In this document: positions 38,402 through 51,759 of the stretch, piece after piece
Layout of the letters: every line of letters starts with the position of its first letter
How positions within the stretch are numbered: the stretch's first letter is position 1
NCBI GenBank assembly: GCA_964016885.1
Contig: OZ024741.1
Location: 223,696,001 to 223,760,000, forward strand
DNA length: 64,000 bases
Reading direction: 5' to 3'
Origin: Eledone cirrhosa
Lineage: Eukaryota
The notes under the pieces: generated by a model
The model's input: only the letters and a program-made list of their open reading frames with translations
What the model was told of the DNA's origin: nothing
Databases searched by the model: none
Program-made: the position numbers and the translations under genes

Positions 38402-38915
38402 TAACCCTTTAGATACAAACCCACTCACAATTGCTTCAGACTATGAAATAAAATACCAATTTTAAAGGTTTACTATTTAAAGTAAAACCTTCCAACATAA
38501 TTTCTTGTTTTATCTAAGAACATTTTTTATGTTACAAATGCCATCTTAATGAGGTAAATAGTTTGAGTAAATTTCTCTAAATCATTCATTAATTAATTAA
38601 AATACCAAGTATCAAATTAGAAATAATTTAATACTTGGTATCAAATTATAATATGGTCGTGTAGGTATCATGACAAAAAGCACCCAGTCCACACACACTG
38701 TGAAGTGGTCATGTAGGTGTCATGACTACAAGCACGCAGCACACACTGTAAATGTGGTTGGCATTAGGAAGGGCATCCAGCTGTAAAAATCTAGTCAGAA
38801 ACAGTTTCTGTATGGTCACCGAACTTTCCTCATATGGGACATCCTGTCTAACCTATGTTAGCGTGGAAAGTGGACATTAAACGATGATGATGATAATGAT
38901 TAACGAAAGGGTTAA
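38402..38915. mobile_element. Possible TTAA-type MITE carrying an RTE 3' tail insert (38655-38900, +)
   Basis: TAACCCTTT...AAAGGGTTAA ends; internal GTGGTTGGCATTAGGAAGGGCATCCAG..GGACATTAAACG(ATG)n. Confidence 0.5.
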
Positions 38916-39723
38916 AAAAAAGATTAGAAAGAAAATAGGGAAAATGCTAAAGCAGTTTTTGCAAGAAAATTAGTGGTTTCCACCATAATGATACACCAAG
39001 TGTATTTGTACAATAATTATATTTTTCTCCCCAAACTACCAAAACACATATATTTGTATGTGTTACAATTTATGTACGTTATGTTTATCACATATCAAAG
39101 TTTTTTGGTTGATATTTGATAATAACAGCTAAACTAATCACTACAACTAAATTGACCAAATTTGCCCCTCCCCTTCAGAAATGCTTCCACCACCCCTGTT
39201 ATGTATATATCTCCATCAGTAGCTCTTTAAAATTTACACACACAAACACATAATGCATTTCCTATATCAAGTCATGTGTTACAATAAATTCACTTTCTGT
39301 ATATCATTTGTACATGTGTGCAAATTTATGTAATTATATTTCAGAAATAAATTATTACAATATTATTTTTATCTTTAATCACTACCATGTGTCAGTAACT
39401 AACATAAACTATAGGGTTTTTCTTATGCAAACCATAAATTTATCAAAGCACAAATTTCCCAGTTTATATGATTGTTCATATATCCAGTAATCCTGACATA
39501 TGAATCCTGCACTTGAAAAATTAAATATATTCAACATTATTGCCTTCTTTATTGATAGCATGTGTCCACTAGTGTTATATAAAAACTATGTTAAGTTAGT
39601 AACTTAGCAATGAAATAATTAATGATATTAGTAAATCTCTGAAAATTACTCATAAATTAATTGAAATAGACTGTATTTCATTCAAAAATAAGTCATGGAA
39701 AGGCTTAAGAAGTTTGAGTGTTC

Positions 39724-39983
39724 CACAGATGGGGAATCTGTGGCTATAAGGCCACATGCAGCCTTCTATGCCATTCTGTGTGGCTTTTGAAAGATTAAAA
39801 AATTTCCAACAAATTTTTAATTTTTATTAATATGTTTTAATTTAAACCATAAGATGAACGTATTTTCAATACTAAAATAATGTAAATTTTAAGAATATAT
39901 AATTATGGTTTTTTGAATGCATCCTTATTATATTACAAGTAACTTAATGCAGCCTTTCAACATGAAAAGGTTCTCCACCTCTG
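39724..39983. mobile_element. hAT/Charlie-type MITE (old)
   Basis: Imperfect TIRs CACAGATGGGGAATCT / AGGTTCTCCACCTCTG (12 of 16 match); no TSD seen. Confidence 0.55.
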
Positions 39984-40116
39984 ATATAGCACTTTCAACA
40001 ACTATAACACTTTTGTTAACATATTTCTAATGACATACTCTGTATTTTAATTAATTAATTATTTCATTATTATGATAGTGTTTATAAAAGGGGTCGGCAA
40101 CCTTTTGGGGTGTGTG

Positions 40117-41780
40117 GGCCACATAGCTATGTAGTGTCTTGTCAGCAGGCCACACAGCTATGTAGTGTCTTGTCAGCAGGCCACATACCTATATAGTGTC
40201 TTGTCAGCAGGCCATATAGCTATGTAGTGTCTTGTCAGCAGGCCATATAGCTATGTAGTGTCTTGTCAGCAGGCCATATAGCTATGTAGTGTCTTGTCAG
40301 CAGGCCACATAGCTATGTAGTGTCTTGTCAGCAGGCCACACAGCTATGTAGTGTCTTGTCAGCAGGCCACACAGCTATGTAGTGTCTTGTCAGCAGGCCA
40401 CACAGCTATGTAGTGTCTTGTCAGCAGGCCACACAGCTATGTAGTGTCTTGTCAGCAGGCCACACAGCTATGTAGTGTCTTGTCAGCAGGCCACATAGCT
40501 ATGTAGTGTCTTGTCAGCAGGCCACACAGCTATGTAGTGTCTTGTCAGCAGGCCACATACCTATGTAGTGTCTTGTCAGCAGGCCATATAGCTATGTAGT
40601 CTTTTGTCAGCAGGCCACACAGCTATGTAGTGTCTTGTCAGCAGGCCATATAGCTATGTAGTGTCTTGTCAGCAGGCCACACAGCTATGTAGTGTCTTGT
40701 CAGCAGGCCATATAGCTATGTAGTGTCTTGTCAGCAGGCCATATAGCTATGTAGTGTCTTGTCAGCAGGCCATATAGCTATGTAGTGTCTTGTCAGCAGG
40801 CCACACAGCTATGTAGTGTCTTGTCAGCAGGCCACACAGCTATGTAGTGTCTTGTCAGCAGGCCATATAGCTATGTAGTGTCTTGTCAGCAGGCCACACA
40901 GCTATGTAGTGTCTTGTCAGCAGGCCATATAGCTATGTAGTGTCTTGTCAGCAGGCCATATAGCTATGTAGTGTCTTGTCAGCAGGCCATATAGCTATGT
41001 AGTGTTTTGTCAGCAGGCCACACAGCTATGTAGTGTCTTGTCAGCAGGCCACATAGCTATGTAGTGTCTTGTCAGCAGGCCACACAGCTATGTAGTGTCT
41101 TGTCAGCAGGCCACATACCTATGTAGTGTCTTGTCAGCAGGCCATATAGCTATGTAGTCTTTTGTCAGCAGGCCACACAGCTATGTAGTGTCTTGTCAGC
41201 AGGCCATATAGCTATGTAGTGTCTTGTCAGCAGGCCACACAGCTATGTAGTGTCTTGTCAGCAGGCCATATAGCTATGTAGTGTCTTGTCAGCAGGCCAT
41301 ATAGCTATGTAGTGTCTTGTCAGCAGGCCATATAGCTATGTAGTGTCTTGTCAGCAGGCCACACAGCTATGTAGTGTCTTGTCAGCAGGCCACACAGCTA
41401 TGTAGTGTCTTGTCAGCAGGCCATATAGCTATGTAGTGTCTTGTCAGCAGGCCACACAGCTATGTAGTGTCTTGTCAGCAGGCCATATAGCTATGTAGTG
41501 TCTTGTCAGCAGGCCATATAGCTATGTAGTGTCTTGTCAGCAGGCCATATAGCTATGTAGTGTTTTGTCAGCAGGCCACACAGCTATGTAGTGTCTTGTC
41601 AGCAGGCCACACAGCTATGTAGTGTCTTGTCAGCAGGCCATATAGCTATGTAGTGTCTTGACAGCAGGCCATATAGCTATGTAGTGTCTTGTCAGCAGGC
41701 CATATAGCTATGTAGTGTCTTGTCAGCAGGCCATATAGCTATGTAGTGTCTTGTCAGCAGGCCACATAGCTATGCAGTGT
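40117..41780. repeat. 31 bp minisatellite GGCCAYAYAGCTATGTAGTGTCTTGTCAGCA, ~53 copies, just inside a hAT-like terminus (40089-40106)
   Basis: Exact 31 bp period; preceded by AGGGGTCGGCAACCTTTT. Confidence 0.97.
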
Positions 41781-42465
41781 TTCGTTGGAGGGCCATGATA
41801 TCAAATAAGTAATGAGAACATATATAAAAACCAATACAGTAATATGATAAAATACTATGATATTTTTAATAAACTGTGACAAAACCACGATACCTGGCAG
41901 TGTATTTAGATCAGGGTTGCTATTTGTTTGATAAAAAAATTGACTTCTAATAATACTGAACACTATTTTAGACTAGTTTGTTTTTTTTGTTTTTTTTATT
42001 TTATAATTTTTCAGATTCCTGTATAATTCTATCTGCGCTTGCTTTCTAGCTAGCCTATTTCATCCACACTCCTTAGAATTTGCTGTATAGAATTTACTTT
42101 TAACGCTTGACCAGCTTCACCCACTCCCTCATTGTTCTACAGGCAAGTTCAGCTCCCCTCTATCCACCGACATGAAAGAGTTAACTGTGTTTACAAGAAA
42201 CTTCGACCAATCCTTTTGAAATACCTGATTATCGCATGCCCATATATGGAATTACCCCTTAAAAGCTCGGCTATTTCATTACCATGCTAAAAATTGAATT
42301 TAGTCAAGAAATAGCTGTCAAAACGGATTGAGCTCTGCCGTTGGGGTCCTGAACCTTTTCCTGTTACCCACTCAACTACCCAAAGTATTGAGTACTCTGG
42401 TGCATTATGGTTCACCTCATTCCTTACAACACTTTCTTTCTTATATATATATATGTATATATCAT

Positions 42466-42608
42466 TCCACGGCAAAAAAGCACCCAGCACTCACTGTAAA
42501 TGAGGTTGGTGTTAGGAAGGGCATCCAGCTGTAGAAATCAAGCCAGAAACAGTTCCCGTCCCACCCTTACAAGCAGGGAAAAGCAAATGTAAATTGATGA
42601 TTATGATG
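42466..42608 (+). mobile_element. 5'-truncated SINE family A
   Basis: CCACGGCAAAAAAGCACCCAGC..AAGCAGGGAAAAGC..(GAT)n. Confidence 0.88.
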
Positions 42609-42703
42609 ATATATATATATATATATATATATGCATACATACATTTGTAACATAACTTAAAAGGTTTTTATATAAAATTATGTTGGAAGGTTATAATTAA
42701 AAT

Positions 42704-42990
42704 TAGAGCCGCTACTTCTCCGAATTGACAGATCACAGCTCCAATCCTACGGGCATGTGGTTAGAATGTCTCAGGAAAGAATCACTGGACATATTTTATG
42801 GGCAAAACCAACCGGCAAGAGACCCAGGGGTAGACCCCAAGCAAGATAGTTGGATAACATCCATGAGCTTGGCTGGTCACGCTTGGGGATCCAGCCAGAT
42901 CAGTTGGAGATGATTGCTTTTGACAGGACCCACTGGTGTTTGAGGACTCTGTCCCCGGAACCCTCTCAGAAGTAAGTGCACGAAGAATAT
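42704..42990 (+). mobile_element. 5'-truncated Expander/Rex3-like RTE 3' end with 15 bp TSD
   Basis: EPLLLRIDRSQL..GHVVRM..KPTGKRPRGRP; GGTTATAATTAAAAT at 42689-42703 and 42991-43005. Confidence 0.88.
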
Positions 42991-43549
42991 GGTTATAATT
43001 AAAATAGGAACTCTTTAAAATGTGTTATTTTGTTTCATATAAAAAGAGCCAGTTTTGGCCAAATTGGTATCGAAAAGGGTTAACAATGAAATGAAATCAA
43101 AGACAATTGAAATCTTTAATATAATAAAGCAATGTTATAAATAAAGATCTATAAATTTATGCATGAAAATAGGAATAAGAATATTTATGAAATGTGGAAT
43201 TTCCACAATGACTGCCAATAAATAATAAAGGGAAAATATAATGTCAAGGTTATGTGTTGCTTTTAAAAATAAACAAAGCTAGCACCAGAATGAAAAATTG
43301 TCAAAAAAAAAAAATAGAAAAGAAAAGAAAAAAAACCTACACTTCCAATAGAAAAAAAAAAATTGTGCTTCCTTCCATTGTAAAGTAGTTCTAAGTAATT
43401 TGAAATAACCAAGCCAATTATTCGGATGATATTATTAAAAGAAAGAAAACAATGAAAAATAAATAATTATACAATAATAATAGTAATAATCATTATAATA
43501 ATAATACTTTGTTATTGATTATATTTGTCTTGTGTTCTTCAATTTTCAA

Positions 43550-44025
43550 TTTGTGTATGTATATGTGTGCTTTTGTGGAGGGGTGTTTATATGTGTGCTT
43601 TGGTGGAGGGGTGTGTATATGTGTGCTTTTGCGGAGGGCTGAGTGTATGTGTGCTTTTGTGGAGGGGTGTGTATGTGTGCTTTTATGGAGGGGTCGTGTA
43701 TGTGTGCTTTTGTGGAGGGGTGTGTATGTGTGCTTTTGTGGAGGGGTGTGTATATGTGTGCTTTTGCGGAGGGGTGTGTGTATGTGTGCTTTTGTGGAGG
43801 GGTGTGTATGTGTGCTTTTGTGGAGGGGTGTGTATGTGTGCTTTTATGGAGGGGTGTGTATGTGTGCTTTTGTGGAGGGGTGTGTATGTGTGTGTTTTGG
43901 TGGGGGGTGTATATGTGTGCTTTAGTGGAGGGGTGTGTATGTGTGCTTTTGTGGAGAGGTGTGTATGTGTGGTTTTGTGGAGGGGTGTGTATGTGTGTGC
44001 TTTCATGGAGGGGTGTGTATGTGTA
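43550..44025. repeat. ~27 bp minisatellite GTGTATGTGTGCTTTTGTGGAGGGGT
   Basis: About 17 tandem units. Confidence 0.92.
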
Positions 44026-44029
44026 TTTA

Positions 44030-47000
44030 CGTATGAATGTATGTATATATATCAATTTATTTATGTATGAGTCCATATTTGTGTGTGTATATATATCAAT
44101 GTATGTATGTATGTGTGTATATATATATCCATGTATTGTGTGCGTATATATATCAATGTATGTATGTGTATATATATATCCATGTATGTGTGTGTGTATA
44201 TACATTAATGTATGTATGTGTGTATATATATGCCCATGTATGTGTGTGTATATATATATCAATGTATGTATGTGTGTATATATATGCCCATGTATGTGTG
44301 TATATATATCCATGTATGTGTGTGTGTATATATCAATGTATGTATGTGTGTATATATATATATCAATGAATGTGAGTGTGTATATACATCAATGTATGTA
44401 TGTGTGTATATATATCCATGAATGTGTGTGTATATATACATCAATCTATGAGTGTGTATATATGTCAATGTATGTATGTGTGTATATATATGCCCATGTA
44501 TGTGTGTATATATATATCCATGTATGTGTGTGTATATATCAATGTATGTATGTGTGTATATATATATCCATGTATGTGTGTGTGTATATATATATATCAA
44601 TGTATGTATGTGTGTATATATATCAATGAATGTGAGTGTGTATATACATCAATGTATGTATGTGTGTATATATATACATCAATCTATGTATGTGTGTGTA
44701 TATATGTCAATGTATGTATGTGTGTATATATATCCATGAATGTGTGTATATATACATCAATCTATGAGTGTGTATATATGTCAATGTATGTATGTGTGTA
44801 TATATATGCCCATGTATGTGTGTATATATATATCCATGTATGTGTGTGTATATATCAATGTATGTATGTGTGTATATATATATCCATGTATGTGTGTGTG
44901 TATATATATATATCAATGTATGTATGTGTGTATATATATCAATGAATGTGAGTGTGTATATACATCAATGTATGTATGTGTGTATATATATCCATGAATG
45001 TGTGTATATATACATCAATCTATGTATGTGTGTGTATGTATGTGTGTATATATATCCATGAATGTGTGTATATATACATCAATCTATGTGTGTGTATATA
45101 TATCCATGAATGTGTGTATATATACATCAATCTATGTGTGTGTATATATACATCAATCTATGTGTGTGTATATATGTCAATGTATGCATGTGTGTATATA
45201 TATCCATGAATGTGTGTATATATACATCAATCTATGTATGTGTGTGTATATATGTCAATGTATGTATGTGTGTATATATACATCAATCTATGTGTGTGTA
45301 TATATGTCAATGTATGTATGTGTGTATATATATCCATGAACGTGTGTATATATACATCAATCTATGTGTGTGTATATATGTCAATGTATGCATGTGTGTA
45401 TATATATCCATGAATGTGTATGTATATATACATCAATCTATATATATGTGTGTGTATATATGTCAATGTATGCATGTGTGTATATATGTCAATGTATGCA
45501 TGTGTGTATATATATCCATGAATGTGTGTATATATACATCAATCTATGTGTGTGTATATATGTTAATGTATGTATGTGTGTATATATATCCATGAATGTG
45601 TGTGTATATATACATCAATCTATGTATGTGTGTGTATATATGTCAATGTATGTATGTGTGTATATATATCCATGAATGTGTGTGTATATATACATCAATC
45701 TATATATGTGTGTGTATATATGTCAATGTATGTATGTGTGTATATATATCCATGAATGTGTGTGTATATATACATCAATCTATGTATGTGTGTGTATATA
45801 TGTCAATGTATGTATGTATGTATGTATGTGTGTATATATATCCATGAATGTGTGTGTATATATACATCAATCTATATATGTGTGTGTATATATGTCAATG
45901 TATGTATGTGTGTATATATATCCATGAATGTGTGTATATATACATCAATCTATGTATGTGTGTATATATGTCAATGTATGTATGTATGTATGTGTGTATA
46001 TATATCCATGAATGTGTGTATATATACATCAATCTATGTATGTGTGTGTATATATATGTCAATGTATGTATGTGTGTATATATATCCATGAATGTGTGTA
46101 TATATACATCAATCTATGTGTGTGTATATATGCCAATGTATGTATGTGTGTATATATATCCATGAATGTGTGTGTATATATACATCAATCTATGTATGTG
46201 TGTGTATATATGTCATTGTATGTATGTGTGTATATATATCCATGAATGTGTGTATATATACATCAATCTATGTGTGTGTATATATGTCAATGTATGTATG
46301 TGTGTATATACATCAATCTATGTGTGTGTATATATGTCAATGTATGTATGTGTGTATATATACATCAATCTATGTATGTGTGTATATATATATACATCAA
46401 TCTATGTATGTGTGTGTATATATATACATCAATCTATGTATGTGTGTATATATATATACATCAATCTATGTATGTGTGTATATATACATCAATCTATGTA
46501 TGTGTGTATATATATATACATCAATGTATGTATGTGTGTATATATACATCAATCTATGTATGTGTGTATATATATATACATCAATCTATGTATGTGTGTA
46601 TATATACATCAATCTATGTATGTGTGTATATATATATACATCAATCTATGTATGTGTGTATATATATATACATCAATCTATGTATGTGTGTATATATATA
46701 TACATCAATCTATGTATGTGTGTGTATATATATACATCAATCTATGTATGTGTATATATATATACATCAATCTATGTATGTGTGTATATATACATCAATC
46801 TATGTATGTGTATATATATATACATCAATCTATGTATGTGTGTATATATATCCATATCAATCTATGTATGTGTGTATATATATATACATCAATCTATGTA
46901 TGTGTGTATATATATATACATCAATCTATGTATGTGTGTATATATATATACATCAAGCTATGTATGTGTGTGTATATATACATATCAATCTATGTATGTG

Positions 47001-48383
47001 TGTATATATATATACATCAATCTATGTATGTGTGTGTATATATATACATCAATCTATGTATGTGTGTATATATATACATCAATCTATGTATGTGTGTATA
47101 TATATATACATCAATCTATGTATGTGTGTATATATATATACATCAATCAATGTATGTGTGTATATATATATATACATCAATCTATGTATGTGTGTATATA
47201 TATATACATCAATCTATGTATGTGTGTATATATATATACATCAAGCTATGTATGTGTGTATATATATATACATCAATCTATGTATGTGTGTATATATATA
47301 TACATCAATCTATGTATGTGTGTATATATATATAAATCAATCTATGTATGTGTGTATATATATATACATCAATCTATGTATGTGTGTATATATATATACA
47401 TCAAGCTATGTATGTGTGTGTATATATATACATCAATCTATGTATGTGTGTATATATATATACATCAATCTATGTATGTGTGTATATATATATACATCAA
47501 TCTATGTTTGTGTGTATATATATATACATCAATCTATGTATGTGTGTATATATATATACATCAATCTATGTATGTGTGTATATATATATATACATCAATC
47601 TATGTATGTGTGTATATATATATACATCAATCTATGTATGTGTGTATATATATATACATCAATCAATGTATGTGTGTATATATATATATACATCAATCTA
47701 TGTATGTGTGTATATATATATACATCAATCTATGTATGTGTGTATATATATATACATCAAGCTATGTATGTGTGTATATATATATACATCAATCTATGTA
47801 TGTGTGTATATATATATACATCAATCTATGTATGTGTGTATATATATATAAATCAATCTATGTATGTGTGTATATATATATACATCAATCTATGTATGTG
47901 TGTATATATATATACATCAAGCTATGTATGTGTGTGTATATATATACATCAATCTATGTATGTGTGTATATATATATACATCAATCTATGTATGTGTGTA
48001 TATATATATACATCAATCTATGTTTGTGTGTATATATATATACGTCAATCTATGTATGTGTGTATATATATATACATCAATCTATGTATGTGTGTATATA
48101 TATATATACATCAATCTATGTATGTGTGTATATATATATACATCAATCTATGTATGTGTGTATATATATATACATCAATCTATGTTTGTGTGTATATATA
48201 TATACATCAATCTATGTATGTGTGTATATATATATACATCAATCTATGTATGTGTGTATATATATATACATCAATCTATGTATGTGTGTATATATATATA
48301 CATCAATCTATGTATGTGTGTATATATATACATATCAATCTATGTATGTGTGTATATATATATACATCAATCTATGTATGTGT
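44030..48383. repeat. Microsatellite-derived minisatellite, converging on a 28-34 bp unit CATCAATCTATGTATGTGTG(TA)n
   Basis: Direct inspection; 516 bp higher-order duplication (ORFs starting at 47348 and 47864). Confidence 0.95.
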
Positions 48384-48489
48384 GAGTTTTTCTCTTCTCA
48401 CAGATCCATCCAAGAATGTTTCTCTTTGTCCTTCTTTTATCGTCTGCAACCAATCTTGACTTCATTATCAGTCATTTGTCTCACCACCA

Positions 48490-48665
48490 GAACCACTAAA
48501 GGTAGCATGTATGTGGTTTCTCGACCTGCTAGAAATAGCAGCCAAATGTCTCTCAAATTTCACTAATCTGTCTTTAAAATAGGAAGGATATAATTGGCCT
48601 AGGCTGGAATGCCTTTTGTCATGTCTACTTTATCATGGTTGACCTGGAGCTGCAACATTAACATT
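48490..48665 (+). repeat. Unclassified interspersed repeat (GACCTGCTAGAAATAGCAGCCAAAT motif)
   Basis: Related motifs near 57112 (+), 58268-58290 (-) and 63867 (+). Confidence 0.55.
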
Positions 48666-48769
48666 CTTCTTCAAAATCATCATCATCATCATCAAAATTA
48701 CTATAAGCAGTACCATCATTGTCAATATCATCAGCATCATCAAAATTACTATAAGCATATATATATATA

Positions 48770-49105
48770 TGGCTTAGTGGATAGAGCATTGACCTTGCAA
48801 TCGAAAGGTTGTGAGTTCAATTCTCGGACCGGGTGATGTGTTGTTTCCTTGAGCAAGACACTTTATTTCACATTGCTCCAGTTTATCCAGCTGTAGAAAT
48901 GAGATGATAGGAACTGGGGTCCCTATCATTCCACTGCAAAGTGGTCGTGGAGGTGCCACGGCAAAAAAGCACCCAGCACTCACTGTAAATGAGGTTGGTG
49001 TTAGGAAGGGCATCCAGCTGTAGAAATCAAGCCAGAATCAGTTCCCGTCCCACCCTTGCAAGCAGGGAAAAAGCGGACGTAAAATGAAATGATGATGATG
49101 ATGAT
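48770..49105 (+). mobile_element. SINE family A, near full length
   Basis: Near-identical to 32281-32603. Confidence 0.92.
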
Positions 49106-49239
49106 GTGTGTATCCAAAATTGTGCCTGATTCTCCCCACCACTGTTAAAGATATATTTCTCATTCAATTAACTTACAATTGGTTTAATCGCATCAAAAGA
49201 TTAATAATAAAAAGATGAACAATACATCATTGACCCTCA

Positions 49240-49715
49240 GACCACCTCCTCAACCACCATCAACACCAATACAACTACCACCATCGCCACCACCAACACA
49301 ACAACCACCACCACTACAACCTTGTCTGCTATCAGAATCACCACCACCAACATAGCAATCACTGCCATCACAGCCACCACCATCACAATCACTAACACCA
49401 ACACAGCTACGACCATCAACACTAACATAACCATCACCACCATCACAATCAACACAACAACCACAACCATCATCAACACCAACACAACTACGACCATCAA
49501 CACCGATACAACTACCACCACCATCACCACCATCACCAACACAACAACCACCACCATCATCAACACCACCACTACAACCTTGTCTGCCACCAGAATCACC
49601 ACCGCCAACACAGCAATCACAGCCACTAACACCAACACAACTACCACCATTAATACCAACATAACCATCACCACCATCACAACCACCAGCACCACCACAG
49701 CCATCACAACCACTC
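49240..49715. repeat. Cryptic (CAC/CAA)n repeat with internal ~258 bp duplication
   Basis: ACTACAACCTTGTCTGC recurs near 49313 and 49571. Confidence 0.8.
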
Positions 49716-49992
49716 CAGTATTTATTTCATTCAGCAGTTATGGAGTGAGGTTTCAGATCTTAAGCAATATTTTCACCAACAGAAACCTCACTTATGCACT
49801 TTGGTGTTTCATAAAGACACTGTGGTTGAGGTTTCTCTCAGTTCTGGTTGTTGTCAATATGTTGTTTCACAAATTGGGAGGAGGAAAGTATTGAAAATAT
49901 AGACAGACAGACAGACAGATAGATAGATACACAGACAAATTGATGTATAGATAGAGTTGTGTTAGGAGTATTCTGTGAACATATATGAACAT

Positions 49993-50175
49993 AGGCATAG
50001 AATCGGTAGAGCATCAGACAACATGCTTAGCGTCACAGGGTTATGGCCCTTTACATTCTGAGTTAAAATTCTGCCGAGGTTAGCTTTGCCTTTCATCTTT
50101 ATGGGGTCGATAAAATAAAGTATTACTGGGGTCAATTTAATTGACTTTCTCCCTCCCTCCTCGGCTTTTGCCAAG
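49993..50175 (+). mobile_element. SINE family B
   Basis: TTCTGAGTTAAAATTCTGCCGAGGTTAGCTTTGCCTTTCATC..GGGGTCGATAAAATAAAGTA. Confidence 0.8.
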
Positions 50176-50244
50176 AATATGTGATATAGTCACTACTTTA
50201 AAACTCATAGCGAATGGTCTTCAAAATGTTTTTAATTACACATA

Positions 50245-50400
50245 CGTTTACCGTCTATCTTCCACGCTAGCATGGGTTAGGCGGGAATTGTCCCACTTGA
50301 CGCAAGATTGGTCGGGTGACCGTGTCTCACTCGTATAGGACTATCTGGCAGGTTTTCTACGGCTGGATGCCCTTCCTAACACCAACCACATTTACAGTGT
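50245..50400 (-). mobile_element. RTE 3' end (same family as 51760-54760)
   Basis: Reverse complement of about 54594-54748. Confidence 0.88.
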
Positions 50401-50639
50401 TTATATATATATATATTTAAACACTGTAAATGTTTATTCATATATATATATATACAAAACACTTCTCTTTCCTTTTACCCGTAGTTGACTCAATAAGCAG
50501 TGTTTTAAACTTCTATTTATGCCAGTCTAGAATTCAAATTCTGTTTTTCTCTCGGATTTTCAATTAATATTTTACATGTTTTTAATAATATGTCTCATTC
50601 TATTGGACCCTTCCTAAAAACTAACCTTCTAGTATTATT

Positions 50640-50762
50640 CTTTATGTTCTGAGTTCAAATTCCGCTGAGGTTAACTTTGCCTTTCATCCTTACGGGGTCG
50701 ATAAAATAAAGTACCTGTAATACACTGGGATAATTGCTGGCCTTGTGCCAAAAGTAGAAACA
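50640..50762 (+). mobile_element. 5'-truncated SINE family B inserted in unit 1
   Basis: Absent from unit 2; matches the reverse complement of 25257-25380. Confidence 0.85.
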
Positions 50763-51470
50763 ATTATTATTAATTAATTTTTCTAGAACCTTCCTGCATC
50801 TCGCTCGCTAACTTTGTGAACATTTTACCCCTTCTCTCGTTGTGCCCCCCACCCCGTCTGATCTCAAGTAAAAAATAAACTTTGCTGAGTTCCCAAGGAC
50901 AGGATTTATCTATCTATTTAATCTCTCTTATGGACGATATGTCGATTTTGAGAATGTAAGCAAAACACTTCTCTTTCCTTTTACCCGTAGTTGACTAAAT
51001 AAGCAATGTTTTAAATTTCTATTTATGCCAGTCTAGAACTCAAATTCTCTGTTTTTCTCTCAGATTTTCAATTAATATTTTACATGTTTTTAATAATATG
51101 TCTCATTCTATTGGACACTTCCTAAAAACTAACCTTCTAGTATTATTATTAATTAATTATTCTAGAACCTTCCGGCATCTTGCTCGCTAACTTTGTGAAC
51201 ATTTTGCTCCTTCTCTCATCCACCCCCCGCCTGATCGCAAGTATAAAATAAACCTTGCTGGGTTCCCAAGGACAGGATTTATCTATCTATCTAATCTCTC
51301 TTACGGACGATATGTCGATATTGAGAATGTAAGCAAAACACTTCTCTTTCCTTTTACCCTTTGTTGACGCAATAAGCAGTGTTTTAAACTTCTTTTTATG
51401 CCAGTCTAGAATTCAAATTCTCCGTTTTTCTCTTGGATTTTCAATTAATATTTTACATGTTTTTAATAAT

Positions 51471-51656
51471 GGTTTCTTATATAGGCATAAGACCAGCAAT
51501 TTTGGGGGAGGGGAAAGTCGATTAATTCGACCCAGTACGGATGAAAGGCGAAGTTAAACTCGGTGGGATTTGAACTCAGATCATAAAGGGCCGTAACTCT
51601 ATGCTGCAAAGCATGGCGTCCGAACCTCTAACGATACTGCCAATCCACTGCCCTTC
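51471..51656 (-). mobile_element. SINE family B inserted in unit 3 with 16 bp TSD
   Basis: ACATGTTTTTAATAAT at 51455-51470 and 51657-51672. Confidence 0.9.
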
Positions 51657-51759
51657 ACATGTTTTTAATAATGTCTCATTCTGTTGGACACTTCCTAAAA
51701 ACTAACCTTCTCCTAAAGTTACCCATTGCCCGCCCTCCCACCCCTACATACTACCTTCC

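Larger units (their letters stand above)
50455..51710. repeat. ~373 bp tandem repeat, about 2.5 units, with SINE insertions
   Basis: CAAAACACTTCTCTTTCCTTTTACCC at about 50455, 50961 and 51334. Confidence 0.88.

Noticed and set aside
40117-41780. CRISPR array (31 bp repeat with internal palindrome)
   Set aside because: Units are directly adjacent with no unique spacers, no cas genes are present and the context is eukaryotic.
46092-48566. 824 aa and 737 aa ORFs
   Set aside because: Translations of a TA/TG minisatellite.
49322-49894. Thr-rich 190 aa ORF with hydrophobic C-terminus (mucin-like)
   Set aside because: Starts at TTG inside a cryptic CAC/CAA repeat; no independent support.
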